IMG/VR virus record: IMGVR_UViG_3300036781_000418
Span: 248,001-312,000 of that record
Reading direction: 5' to 3' (one strand)
DNA: 64,000 bases
Below are positions 8,130 through 16,764 of the stretch, piece after piece. Made by a program: the position numbers and the translations under genes. Each line of letters begins with the position of its first letter. Position 1 is the stretch's first letter. Below the pieces are notes generated by a model. It worked only from the letters and a program-made list of their open reading frames with translations, did not search any database and was not told the origin of the DNA.

Positions 8130-8202
8130 GGAGCCTAAGCCTGATTGGTGAGGGTGCAGTATGATTGCTGTTAAGATGGAGTTCGAATCTCTATGGGCTC
8201 CC
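8130..8202 (+). pseudogene. tRNA-like gene with contracted anticodon loop
   Basis: Acceptor, D and T arms intact; CAGTA-TGAT-TGCTG 4-nt loop; no CCA. Confidence 0.55.
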
Positions 8203-8213
8203 CTAATCTGAAA

Positions 8214-8669
8214 GTGACTCTTGAGCCGGCTGGTAAGCGTGGCTTGAAGTTTCTGATCTACGCGGTAGTTAACGGACGTAAGCGTGAAGTTGGATACCTC
8301 AACTCCGCCGTCACTCGGAACATCACGAAGCATGAAGTACTCGCGGCTCACGATGACTACAAGCTCGTCAAGCGCATCTTCAAGCAGGTTCCGGACGAGT
8401 ACACGTTCAACTACTACTGGCTGCAGAAGCTCTTCGTCTACGAGGAGTACAGTGGTCTTGGTATTGGTTCAGCGGCCCTGCAAGTTTGGTTTACCAAGCT
8501 GCGATCGATCGCGATGGTGGCCTTGGAAGCCTATCCAATTGGGTACCGAACGAAGGTGGAGCTTGAACGGTTCTACCTCAAGAACAACTTCGTCGTGTTT
8601 CATCGACTGCGTCCAGCAGGAGAGCGACAACGGCGAGCAACGATGGCCATGACGTTCGTCAAGGCCTAA
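8214..8669 (+). CDS. GNAT-family acetyltransferase-like protein (start uncertain)
   Basis: LFVYEEYSGLGIGSAAL motif A; FYLKNNF motif B. Confidence 0.7.
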   Translation: MTLEPAGKRGLKFLIYAVVNGRKREVGYLNSAVTRNITKHEVLAAHDDYKLVKRIFKQVPDEYTFNYYWLQKLFVYEEYSGLGIGSAALQVWFTKLRSIAMVALEAYPIGYRTKVELERFYLKNNFVVFHRLRPAGERQRRATMAMTFVKA

Positions 8670-8676
8670 CGAATAT

Positions 8677-8752
8677 GGGTGATTGGTGTAGTTGGCAGCA
8701 TAGCGGTCTCCAAAACCGTTGGTCATGGGTTCGAGTCCCTGGTCGCCCGCCA
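8677..8752 (+). tRNA. tRNA-Trp(CCA)
   Basis: GCGGT-CTCCAAA-ACCGT, GCCA. Confidence 0.92.
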
Positions 8753-8809
8753 TATAGCTTTGAGTAAGCTTGCTAAATAGGAAGCAACAATTCCATTTAG
8801 GAGTCTCTC

Positions 8810-9046
8810 ATGGCACTTCGCAACGTAACGGGCCCAGCCCTGCACAGCTTCACGACTGACGAGCTTACCGCGATCGTCGGCAACTACGGCCCATCGGGCA
8901 CCATTGACGACGGCGCAATCGCTCCTGGTGCAATGGTTTGGAACACGGATGAGTCCGCAGTTTGGGTCTTTGACGGCACGACGTTCAGCGCCGTAGCCGC
9001 CGCTCCAGCTCCAGCTCCTTCGCCTGCACCGGCTCCATCGCCGTAA
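8810..9046 (+). CDS. Small late protein with (AP)n tail, fibre-module-like
   Basis: TAAATA 8774; GAMVWNTDESAVWVFDGTTF resembles fibre N-terminal repeat. Confidence 0.65.
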   Translation: MALRNVTGPALHSFTTDELTAIVGNYGPSGTIDDGAIAPGAMVWNTDESAVWVFDGTTFSAVAAAPAPAPSPAPAPSP

Positions 9047-9070
9047 TTCAGTCGTAGGCTGAAAACAAAG

Positions 9071-9100
9071 AAGGGGAACCGAGTGATCGGTTCCCCTTAC
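9071..9100 (+). terminator. Hairpin terminator
   Basis: AAGGGGAACCGA-GTGA-TCGGTTCCCCTT. Confidence 0.75.
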
Positions 9101-9104
9101 TTAC

Positions 9105-9378
9105 TTCGCGGTGACCCTTGGTGGTACCCTACTTTCTGGAGCAGCCAGGAAAGCGGAAAGGTCGGCTGAGGTTCCACACAACTGAAAGGAATCGTTTACC
9201 GGTGACCAAAGTTCCGGCAAAACACGACACCTCAGCTGGCCGTGTTCCTATTTGCTTCTCTAAGCAAGTACATTTTACGCAGCGACGTCTTCGGATAACA
9301 CTGCACATTTCAGGTTTAAGAAAGGATGCATCATGATGATCAGCTCGACGCTTGATGCGTCTGGTAAACACACCTCCT
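9105..9378 (+). ncRNA. Unidentified multi-stem RNA (about 270 nt)
   Basis: 13-bp stem 9160-9172/9229-9241 enclosing a junction; 10-bp stem 9324-9333/9353-9362; further hairpins; no convincing gene. Confidence 0.55.
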
Positions 9379-9381
9379 AAT

Positions 9382-9455
9382 GGGGGTGTAGCTCAAGGGT
9401 AGAGCAGGTGGCTTTTAACCACCCGGCGAGGGTTCGATCCCCTCCACCCCTACCA
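9382..9455 (+). tRNA. tRNA-Lys(TTT)
   Basis: GGTGG-CTTTTAA-CCACC, ACCA. Confidence 0.92.
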
Positions 9456-9489
9456 AATCACGTAAATAGCTGACCATATTGGAGTCCCC

Positions 9490-9918
9490 ATGAAGCTCAG
9501 CACCATTTCCGAACTCATCGCCATCAACGAAGCGGCGCTTAAGATCAGCGATACCGGTTGGTACGTAATCGATCCGACCGTGCACGACGGCGATAACCCG
9601 CACTACAAGAAGGCCGCTGGCCCGTACAGGACGCGTGAAGAGGCGAAGGAGTACGCCACTGGCAAGGACCAAGTTAAGTTCGGTCACATGGTCAACAACG
9701 GCTTCATTGAGGTCGATGAACATGGCACCTCGAACGAAGGCTACGTCGCCGTTTCACAGGCGCTGGTCTACGTGAAGAAGGCGATTGGCGCCCTTGCTGA
9801 AAGCGAGAACGAAGTGAAGGAGCACCTTGAGATGCTTGGCTTTGACATCTCCTTCGACAACCTGCTTCAACAGCTGAACGACCTTGAGGAACACCTTAAG
9901 GACGCGTCGACAAAATGA
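9490..9918 (+). CDS. Late protein with internal-protein-like N-terminus
   Basis: TAAATA 9463; MKLSTISELIAINE. Confidence 0.75.
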   Translation: MKLSTISELIAINEAALKISDTGWYVIDPTVHDGDNPHYKKAAGPYRTREEAKEYATGKDQVKFGHMVNNGFIEVDEHGTSNEGYVAVSQALVYVKKAIGALAESENEVKEHLEMLGFDISFDNLLQQLNDLEEHLKDASTK

Positions 9919-10358
9919 AACTGATTCAGCTGAATGAAAACCTTGACGAGGCGAAAATTGACGCCTTCATCAAGGCCTACAACGGCATTGAAGCGCCACT
10001 CGCTAAGAAGCTCAAGCCGAAAGGATCGCCTGAGATGATCAAGGCGGCCTTTGACCTTGCATTTGATCATCATCAACGAGATGAAGTTCTGGACTTTGAT
10101 GACGCGGCGATGACACGTGGCATCAAGGGCATCGAAGCCGCCCTCAACGCGGCCAAGGAGTACAAGACGTCAATTGACGTCGCCGCTTGCACCAAGGCCT
10201 CCATGGAGCTGAGTCAGCTCCGAAACTTTGGCAAGCTGGCCACTGACGTCGGCAACGCCATGTTCGTCGCTTTGCAGGGACTGAACAACGAACATTGGTC
10301 TAAGGATGATCAAGCCCAAGCCCTACTCGCCTGTAAGTCGGTAGGCATCAGTAAATAA
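9915..10358 (+). CDS. Late protein, paralog of 6768..7226
   Basis: MKLIQLNE; colinear similarity. Confidence 0.75.
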   Translation: MKLIQLNENLDEAKIDAFIKAYNGIEAPLAKKLKPKGSPEMIKAAFDLAFDHHQRDEVLDFDDAAMTRGIKGIEAALNAAKEYKTSIDVAACTKASMELSQLRNFGKLATDVGNAMFVALQGLNNEHWSKDDQAQALLACKSVGISK

Positions 10359-10359
10359 T

Positions 10360-10435
10360 GCATCGTTGACCTGAGAGGTTAAGGACCCTCCTTACAAGTG
10401 GGAATATGCTGGTTCGAGTCCAGCACGATGCACCA
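10360..10435 (+). tRNA. tRNA-Val(TAC)
   Basis: CTTACAA loop, ACCA. Confidence 0.88.
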
Positions 10436-10442
10436 TATAATA

Positions 10443-10518
10443 GCTCTGGAAGTGTTACAAGGTGGCATGACAGTTTCGTAATCTGTAGGACGCGGTTCGA
10501 GGCCGCGCCGGAGCACCA
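10443..10518 (+). tRNA. tRNA-Thr(CGT)
   Basis: TTCGTAA loop, ACCA. Confidence 0.85.
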
Positions 10519-10579
10519 AAATTCCCGGGAGGACGCGCAAGCGTCCTCCTATTTTCGCATCAACAACTGGAGAAAATCC

Positions 10580-10966
10580 ATGAACGCCGACTTCCATTCT
10601 CGCTTTATCACCAACACGGACGACACAGGCCGTTTCATCGTGAGCTCACAGCGGACGGGTATTCGGTACTACGTGGAACCGGTCGTGACGGAGCACACCC
10701 CTGAGTGGGGCTCCATCGATCCAGCCACCGGCAACCTTACCCACAAGAAGGGTGACGGCAAGTACCGTGGCGGTGTCTCACCGTCTGAGTCCATCGTGAA
10801 CGAGGATGCGGTCAAGGTTGGTGTCTTCGCGAAGGTGCACGACCTTGGACGAGGCGTGTCACCACACCAGGCGATTGACTACCTCGACGCACAGTACCCA
10901 ACCGTCAACCCAGCGTATGAGCTCACCGCTGAGTTTATCGGCTCCATCGTCAACCCAGCCTACTAA
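10580..10966 (+). CDS. Hypothetical phage protein
   Basis: GGAG RBS; ORF. Confidence 0.75.
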   Translation: MNADFHSRFITNTDDTGRFIVSSQRTGIRYYVEPVVTEHTPEWGSIDPATGNLTHKKGDGKYRGGVSPSESIVNEDAVKVGVFAKVHDLGRGVSPHQAIDYLDAQYPTVNPAYELTAEFIGSIVNPAY

Positions 10967-10974
10967 GGATTATC

Positions 10975-11196
10975 ATGGCTACCCTCAAGGACCTCGTTGG
11001 TCCGGACAAGACCGTCCACTTTCAATTCTATCGTAAGGGTGCGCTCTACTATCGCACGTCAGACAACTTTGAATTCTTGGTGCCGATTGAGGACTGTGGT
11101 GACGCGGAATTTTTGGCAATGGACAAGGCTATGATGTTCATGCGGTACATTCGCAAACAGCTAGCCGTCAACGCTGAAGGCAGGGAGGCTGTATGA
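10975..11196 (+). CDS. Hypothetical phage protein
   Basis: AGGA RBS; ORF. Confidence 0.7.
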   Translation: MATLKDLVGPDKTVHFQFYRKGALYYRTSDNFEFLVPIEDCGDAEFLAMDKAMMFMRYIRKQLAVNAEGREAV

Positions 11197-11372
11197 ACGC
11201 CAAGAAGCTGGAAAAGAAGAAGCTCAAGCTCGCCGAGCGGATCAAGCAGCTGGAGGATGGGCTCGTCCTCTCCCTCCAGAAGAAGTCCTCCTCAGCAACC
11301 GAGATCGACATGCCTGGCACGATGCGCCAGATCCGAGAGCTGAAGGAAGAGCTGGACGAGCTAAATAGCTAA
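11193..11372 (+). CDS. Small coiled-coil protein
   Basis: ATGA overlap, 59 aa. Confidence 0.6.
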   Translation: MNAKKLEKKKLKLAERIKQLEDGLVLSLQKKSSSATEIDMPGTMRQIRELKEELDELNS

Positions 11373-11384
11373 CCAACAATTTAC

Positions 11385-11459
11385 GCTGTCATAGTGCTAG
11401 TGGAAACACACGTCTTTGGTAAGGACGGATCGAAGGTTCGATTCCTTCTGGCAGCACCA
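11385..11459 (+). tRNA. tRNA-Thr(GGT)
   Basis: CGTCT-TTGGTAA-GGACG, ACCA. Confidence 0.9.
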
Positions 11460-11463
11460 CTCT

Positions 11464-11799
11464 ATGTTCGTCACCATCCATGAACTGCTGAACGCAATCC
11501 AAGTGAACGAGTCTCGCTACTCGGACATGGTGGAGCAATGGTGCTCAACGAACCTTGAGTCCTTTAAGACCGCCACGGACGCCTACCTTGCGCTTCGCAA
11601 GTACGTGGACGAGACGAGCGTCTTGAAGAACTACCTCACGGCCACCTTTAAGGGCAGTGAGGTCCGAATTCAGAGGTACCTCATCGACATCCTTTCACAG
11701 ATGGCCAAGGAGAAGAACCTCAGCGGCTACGGTGAGGTTGACCTAACACAGGCCAACTACAACCACAGCGCGTCAGGAAGCGCGTCAGCTTCCATGTAA
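11464..11799 (+). CDS. Hypothetical protein
   Basis: ATG 5 nt after tRNA-Thr; MFVTIHELLNAIQVNE. Confidence 0.6.
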   Translation: MFVTIHELLNAIQVNESRYSDMVEQWCSTNLESFKTATDAYLALRKYVDETSVLKNYLTATFKGSEVRIQRYLIDILSQMAKEKNLSGYGEVDLTQANYNHSASGSASASM

Positions 11800-11806
11800 G
11801 GTCAAT

Positions 11807-11887
11807 TGACAGGTGGTGTAATCCGGATGGCAACACACTTGGGCCCAACTTAAGGAGATGCTGGTTCGACCCCAGCCCTGTCAGCCA
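11807..11887 (+). tRNA. Atypical tRNA-Trp(CCA)-like
   Basis: TGACAGG/CCTGTCA acceptor, 13-nt D loop, GCCCAAC anticodon loop. Confidence 0.6.
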
Positions 11888-11888
11888 A

Positions 11889-11996
11889 ATGCAACTACTC
11901 ATCCTCATTATCCTGGCGCCGCTCTGGTTGCCGATCGCGATCATTGGAGCCCCACTGTGGCTCCTCCTCATGGTAATCCTTTCATGGAAGCGCTGA
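11889..11996 (+). CDS. 35-aa hydrophobic peptide
   Basis: MQLLILIILAPLWLPIAIIGAPLWLLLMVILSWKR. Confidence 0.45.
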   Translation: MQLLILIILAPLWLPIAIIGAPLWLLLMVILSWKR

Positions 11997-12379
11997 ACCA
12001 CAAGCAGGTTATCGTCCTGCGTAAGGACCTCAACATGCGTAAGGGCAAGCTGGTTGCACAGGGCGCGCACGCCTCAATGGCGGCGATCCTTAGCCAGGGC
12101 CAGGCCACCGACGTTGGTGACACCTTCACCATTCAGCTGGACGATCGCATGAAGGACTGGCTCCTAGGCTCCTTCAAGAAGATCACAGTCTCAGTAAACT
12201 CGGAGGAGGAGCTGCTGTCCCTGTACGAGCGAGCTAAAGGTTCAGGTCTGATCTGCTCACTGATCCTTGACTCTGGCCTGACCGAATTTGGTGGTCGCCC
12301 CACCTACACCGCGGTCGCCGTCGGTCCGGACGTAGCTGCGAAGGTCGACGTGCTCACCGGTGACCTTCCGCTGCTGTAG
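11984..12379 (+). CDS. pth2: Peptidyl-tRNA hydrolase, Pth2 type
   Basis: KQVIVLRKDLNMRKGKLVAQGAHAS; DSGLTEF; TAVAVGP. Confidence 0.92.
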   Translation: MEALNHKQVIVLRKDLNMRKGKLVAQGAHASMAAILSQGQATDVGDTFTIQLDDRMKDWLLGSFKKITVSVNSEEELLSLYERAKGSGLICSLILDSGLTEFGGRPTYTAVAVGPDVAAKVDVLTGDLPLL

Positions 12380-12461
12380 GCGTAGCACCTTACACCGTCG
12401 CCGAACGGTGTGCACTCGGTCAACCTCTACTCACGGTCCAACACCAACGTCCCGCTAACTT

Positions 12462-12500
12462 AAAATGGCAGCAACGCTTCGGCTTGCTGCCATTTTTGTT
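12462..12500. terminator. Bidirectional-type intrinsic terminator
   Basis: AAAATGGCAGCAA/TTGCTGCCATTTT. Confidence 0.8.
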
Positions 12501-12514
12501 TTCTTGAGACCATA

Positions 12515-12679
12515 ATGGACCGCTCAAAATCTTACTACCGACTTAAACTGCGTCGAGATGAACTGTGGTGGCGTAACTCCGAGCCTCTGAACCTGCAGTG
12601 CGCCAATGATCGACTCTGGAGAAAGTTGAAGCTCAAGCCATTTTTCTTCGACTACAACGAGAAGACTGGGCCAGCATGA
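12515..12679 (+). CDS. Small hypothetical protein
   Basis: 54-aa ORF with GAG RBS. Confidence 0.45.
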   Translation: MDRSKSYYRLKLRRDELWWRNSEPLNLQCANDRLWRKLKLKPFFFDYNEKTGPA

Positions 12680-12780
12680 GCATCGCATAACATTGAAGCT
12701 TTAAGTCCGTCTCAGGTTCAGCAGGATCCGTGCAGATGCGCGTGTTATGATGTTCTGATCGGACATAACCCGGACCAGAT

Positions 12781-13299
12781 ATGATCACCAACGAACAACA
12801 GGCAATCCGGCAGTGGTTGTCAAAACCCGCTCCGTACAGCGGCGGTTGCGGCTGTGTTGGTCCACAACGGATGAAGTATCCCGGACCTGTGTACGGAGTT
12901 GGAGGCCCCGTCCATGACGAGTACACTCTCAAGGTACTCGTGCCCAAGAGCCTCACCCGTGCCCAAGCCATCCGCGCCACCCTGCGCTGCAAACAAGCTA
13001 TGGCCCTCAGCATGGAGGAAGCTAAGCAGCTGATGTCGCACGAACCGATATCTCGAAAATCCGAGTATCCGTTGTTCAGCCACACCGACCTTAACGCCAT
13101 GAAGGAGCTAGGTGTCGAGGTCGCCGAAGGACGGGCCGTTGATCCAAACTATGGCTACAAGCCCGTGTGTCCGTGTGCCATGGCGTACGTTGAGGAGGTC
13201 AACGGCTTCTTCTACATGATCATTGAACATCGTAGCCCAGATGGCATCACGCACACGGCCAAGAACCTTGGTCCAGTTGGCGGGCCCTACTACAAATGA
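12781..13299 (+). CDS. Hypothetical protein (GCGCVGP...CPCAM)
   Basis: ORF; Cys motif. Confidence 0.7.
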   Translation: MITNEQQAIRQWLSKPAPYSGGCGCVGPQRMKYPGPVYGVGGPVHDEYTLKVLVPKSLTRAQAIRATLRCKQAMALSMEEAKQLMSHEPISRKSEYPLFSHTDLNAMKELGVEVAEGRAVDPNYGYKPVCPCAMAYVEEVNGFFYMIIEHRSPDGITHTAKNLGPVGGPYYK

Positions 13300-13631
13300 A
13301 GTTCGCCGAATTCATCATTCAGCCTCGACCACTGGGGTCAGCTGAGCTGGAGTTGAAGGCGGCGATCGAGGCGGATCCACGACTGGTGGTCACGAAGCTG
13401 CAGGTTCGGCGGCAGTACAAGACGGATCCGTTGTTTGTGCGTCGCCGCCTTCGTTACTACATGACTCGTACCCTACTGCTGGTGTACGAGTTCATCTGTC
13501 CGTGTGGTGAAATTCAACGGGAGGTGAAGTCCCTGCCGTTCAACTGGCGTCACCCTGACACCTTGTCCGTGCTCTGCGCTAAGCTCAGTGCGAACACCTA
13601 CCAACATCTTAAAGATGAAGGACTCGTATGA
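13296..13631 (+). CDS. Hypothetical protein
   Basis: ATGA-coupled ORF. Confidence 0.65.
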   Translation: MKFAEFIIQPRPLGSAELELKAAIEADPRLVVTKLQVRRQYKTDPLFVRRRLRYYMTRTLLLVYEFICPCGEIQREVKSLPFNWRHPDTLSVLCAKLSANTYQHLKDEGLV

Positions 13632-13870
13632 AGCATGATGATGCACCCCATAAACGATGGGAACCGAAGCCGGCCTACTTGTCCGGTCGGTTCCATCGTC
13701 CCCCACGTGGCCTGATCACCAAGGCGCGTCATGGTGAAGACGGCGTGCCGTTCGACGCCCAGTTCTACTATGACAACCAGTGGTACCACGTCGAGGGCAA
13801 AACGAGAATCAAGCTCGTCGACGACCCTCGCGATCTTCAATGGCTCCAAACCCCTAACCAAGGAACCTGA
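13628..13870 (+). CDS. Hypothetical protein
   Basis: ATGA-coupled ORF. Confidence 0.6.
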   Translation: MKHDDAPHKRWEPKPAYLSGRFHRPPRGLITKARHGEDGVPFDAQFYYDNQWYHVEGKTRIKLVDDPRDLQWLQTPNQGT

Positions 13871-13871
13871 C

Positions 13872-14114
13872 ATGAACGTCAACGCCCACTGTGAACTGAC
13901 CAAGGTGCTCTCCGAGATCATCCTTGAAGCCCACACCGCCTGCACCGACGCAGCCTCCACGTACGCCCACTTTGAAAAGGTGCAAGCCAACCCCGCCACC
14001 CGTATCGAAGGTCTCGAGATGTCCGAGGTCAAGACCTTTGCCGCCATCCTTGACTATGACGCGATCCGCGCCGACACCAAGGCGCTGTCCGACCTGATCA
14101 TCACGGCGGGCTGA
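13872..14114 (+). CDS. Hypothetical protein
   Basis: AGGA RBS. Confidence 0.65.
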   Translation: MNVNAHCELTKVLSEIILEAHTACTDAASTYAHFEKVQANPATRIEGLEMSEVKTFAAILDYDAIRADTKALSDLIITAG

Positions 14115-14117
14115 TTG

Positions 14118-14411
14118 ATGCCGCACTTCACCACCTTGATCTTTGGCACGGGCAACGTTGAAGCGAACCGAGAACTTGATCGGCTTCGGGCACTGGATTG
14201 CTGGGTGTCGGGTGAAGTGCAGCCGACCAGCAATCGCCCACATGTGCATGTAGGCGTGTCGGCACAGGTGGAGCTGCCAGCCCATGGCTACTTCGTTGAT
14301 GCCACCTTAACCTACCACGAGTTGGAGCTACGCGCCCAGGTCTTTCCAAATGGACAGATCATGAGCGTGCTGGTTCCAGTTGGTGCGACTGTATGCGGAT
14401 ATGGATCCTAA
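14118..14411 (+). CDS. Hypothetical protein
   Basis: ORF in operon. Confidence 0.6.
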   Translation: MPHFTTLIFGTGNVEANRELDRLRALDCWVSGEVQPTSNRPHVHVGVSAQVELPAHGYFVDATLTYHELELRAQVFPNGQIMSVLVPVGATVCGYGS

Positions 14412-15459
14412 GCTGCTAACGCGTGACGACTTCCGAGAGGGGGTCTTTAAACGCGACAACTACAAGTGCATCTTCTGCGGTAAATCCGCAGCTGAAACGC
14501 CTGAGGGCAAGCTCGACGCCCACCACATCCTTGAGCGTCGGCTTTGGCCGGACGGCGGTTATTATCTGGAGAACGGCGCGACCGTCTGTGAGGAGCACCA
14601 CCTTGAATGCGAACGAACTATCAAGAGCGTGGAGGAAGTTAGAGCTCAATGCGGTGTATCCAAGATCTGGGTGCCACCGCACCTATACCCCGATCATCTC
14701 TATGACAAGTGGGGAAATCCAGTCCTTGATGACGGCCGTCGCGGCCGTGGGGAACTCTATCACGATGAGTCTGTTCAAAAGGCTCTCGGAGCTGGAGGCG
14801 TCCTCGACCTCTTCACGTGGTATGTCAAGTACGAGCGGACGTTCCATCTCCCATGGAGTCCAGGACTCCATGACGACGACAAGGCCTTAAAGGACTGCTC
14901 ACAGTTCGAGGGTCAGCGCGTTATCGTGTCCTACAAAGCGGACGGCGAGAACACGACGGGTTACCATGACGGTCATATTCACGCACGGTCGATCGACTCC
15001 CGTGGTGGTGAGGACCGAGCATGGGTGAAGAAGTTCCTGATTGAACAGGTGTGCTTCAACCTACCTGAAGGCTGGCGGATCTGCGGTGAAAACCTGTGGG
15101 CCGAGCACTCCATCCACTACGACGACCTGAAGTCGTACTTTTACGGGTTTAGTATCTGGAACGAGCGCAACACGTGCTTGTCCTGGGACGAAACGGTGGA
15201 GTGGTTCGAGCTGCTTAGCGTGACTCCGGTCGACGTCCTGTATGACGGTGTATGGGACGAAGCGCTGATCCGGAAAATGGCCTCGCAGGTTGACACGGTA
15301 AAACACGAAGGTCTTGTGATAAGATTGGCTCGGAGCTTCACGTACGGTGACTTCCGGAAAAGTGTCGCGAAGTACGTCCGTGAAGGGCATGTGCAGACCA
15401 CCAAGCACTGGCGTACGGGACGCGCGTTTGTTCCCAACGAACTGGAGCGAAAGCCATGA
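14401..15459 (+). CDS. HNH domain fused to ATP-dependent RNA ligase
   Basis: RDNYKCIFCG...DAHHI...NGATVCEEHH; KADGENTT motif I; HEGLVIR; KYVR. Confidence 0.85.
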   Translation: MDPKLLTRDDFREGVFKRDNYKCIFCGKSAAETPEGKLDAHHILERRLWPDGGYYLENGATVCEEHHLECERTIKSVEEVRAQCGVSKIWVPPHLYPDHLYDKWGNPVLDDGRRGRGELYHDESVQKALGAGGVLDLFTWYVKYERTFHLPWSPGLHDDDKALKDCSQFEGQRVIVSYKADGENTTGYHDGHIHARSIDSRGGEDRAWVKKFLIEQVCFNLPEGWRICGENLWAEHSIHYDDLKSYFYGFSIWNERNTCLSWDETVEWFELLSVTPVDVLYDGVWDEALIRKMASQVDTVKHEGLVIRLARSFTYGDFRKSVAKYVREGHVQTTKHWRTGRAFVPNELERKP

Positions 15460-15803
15460 AGCAGAAGTTTGGACCGTTGTTAGACTGCCTACGACGAGCA
15501 CGGGCGCGTGGCGTGCAGGTGTTCATCCACGAAGACAACAACTTGACCTGCGTCAAGGGCGATAAGTCACGGCACGTTGAGCACCAACGCTTCAACCACG
15601 CCTGGCTGAACACGGAGTTTCCGATTCGACCCGCGCTGTCGACTGAAGAGCTTGCCCATCGTCGCGCCCTCCTGATCGAGTGGGACCACTCCTTCGCCTA
15701 CCGCACGTCGGAGCAGCGCTACGTCCCGACTGAACGGAAACCATTCTTCACACAGGCGTTTCCGTGGGTCGCCGTGATGCCCGAACTGTTCGAGGTCTAC
15801 TGA
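15456..15803 (+). CDS. Hypothetical protein
   Basis: ATGA-coupled ORF. Confidence 0.6.
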   Translation: MKQKFGPLLDCLRRARARGVQVFIHEDNNLTCVKGDKSRHVEHQRFNHAWLNTEFPIRPALSTEELAHRRALLIEWDHSFAYRTSEQRYVPTERKPFFTQAFPWVAVMPELFEVY

Positions 15804-15804
15804 C

Positions 15805-15990
15805 ATGAAGATGCTCATCAACGCAGTCCTGTCAGGACTGGCTGGCTTCGTGATCGGCGCGGTGGGCGGGTGCTACTTTCAAGGTGACGCCTCGCCGTCT
15901 TGCTGGGCGCTCTTGATCGTAGGCTTTGCGCTGCCGTACGCGTCCGACTGGCTGGACCTTGATCACCTCACCGACGGTTTCAACTACTGA
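15805..15990 (+). CDS. Small membrane protein
   Basis: Two hydrophobic segments. Confidence 0.6.
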   Translation: MKMLINAVLSGLAGFVIGAVGGCYFQGDASPSCWALLIVGFALPYASDWLDLDHLTDGFNY

Positions 15991-15992
15991 CC

Positions 15993-16241
15993 ATGCGCAA
16001 GGACGACTCCCTCGCGAAGATTGCGATGACGAATAAGGTCCTGCGGCGCCTGCTTGACATGATGTTCGAGTGTGAGCCGCCTCATGACAAGAAGAAACCC
16101 AAGACCACTGAGCGAATCTGGTGGGAGGCCGAGTACGAGGAGGTCCGGTGGCTGTTCATCGACCTCCACAACCGATCGATTGAGTTCAACGTCCAACAAC
16201 TGAAGAGGAAGCGTGATGCGCAATCAAAAACGAGCGCGTGA
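15993..16241 (+). CDS. Hypothetical protein
   Basis: ORF in operon. Confidence 0.6.
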   Translation: MRKDDSLAKIAMTNKVLRRLLDMMFECEPPHDKKKPKTTERIWWEAEYEEVRWLFIDLHNRSIEFNVQQLKRKRDAQSKTSA

Positions 16242-16764
16242 CTTCGCTAAGATCCACCATGAAGATCCATCTGGCTTCTGGAAGTTGGTGGCCACTGGCA
16301 AGGAACTGCCTGAGGTTGGACAGCAGATCCTTTACGTGGTGGACATCCGTGGTCATAAGGATGAGCTCATGCACAACTTGCTGGCGAAGATAGCGGACGG
16401 TGATCCCTACCACGTCATCAACAAGGCCGTCAAGGATGGTCGCATGCGGCATGACAAGTTCGCCACCATGATGGCCAGCGTCTTTGAGCTTCCAGTTGAT
16501 CCAGCCAAAGCCAACTCTCATGTCGGCATTGTAGACCATGTAGAGTATGACGCCACCCTGCAGGAGTGGTACATCGGCGTCCGACACCGCATCACCGAAT
16601 GCATCATCTACTGGTCGCCAATTCCTCGCCCACCAAACACGTACACCCCGCGCGATGAAGACGTTGAGGACCTGCACATGTTTGAGAGCGCGCGCAGTCG
16701 CGAGGTATACATCCGTGACCGTCTTGAATCACGTCGTCTGAGGAGACTGCCGTGTACCGATTAA
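16213..16764 (+). CDS. Hypothetical protein
   Basis: ORF in operon. Confidence 0.65.
   Translation: MMRNQKRARDFAKIHHEDPSGFWKLVATGKELPEVGQQILYVVDIRGHKDELMHNLLAKIADGDPYHVINKAVKDGRMRHDKFATMMASVFELPVDPAKANSHVGIVDHVEYDATLQEWYIGVRHRITECIIYWSPIPRPPNTYTPRDEDVEDLHMFESARSREVYIRDRLESRRLRRLPCTD

Noticed and set aside
8995-9043. (GCTCCA)n-like repeat
   Set aside because: Encodes an ordinary Ala-Pro linker.
9105-9378. tmRNA or RNase P RNA
   Set aside because: No GGGG..CCACCA Ala-like ends or resume peptide, and no GAGGAAAGUCC core.
12676-12783. Possible frameshifted micro-gene between 12515 and 12781 ORFs
   Set aside because: Only 4 codons before the stop; no slippery site or homology evidence.
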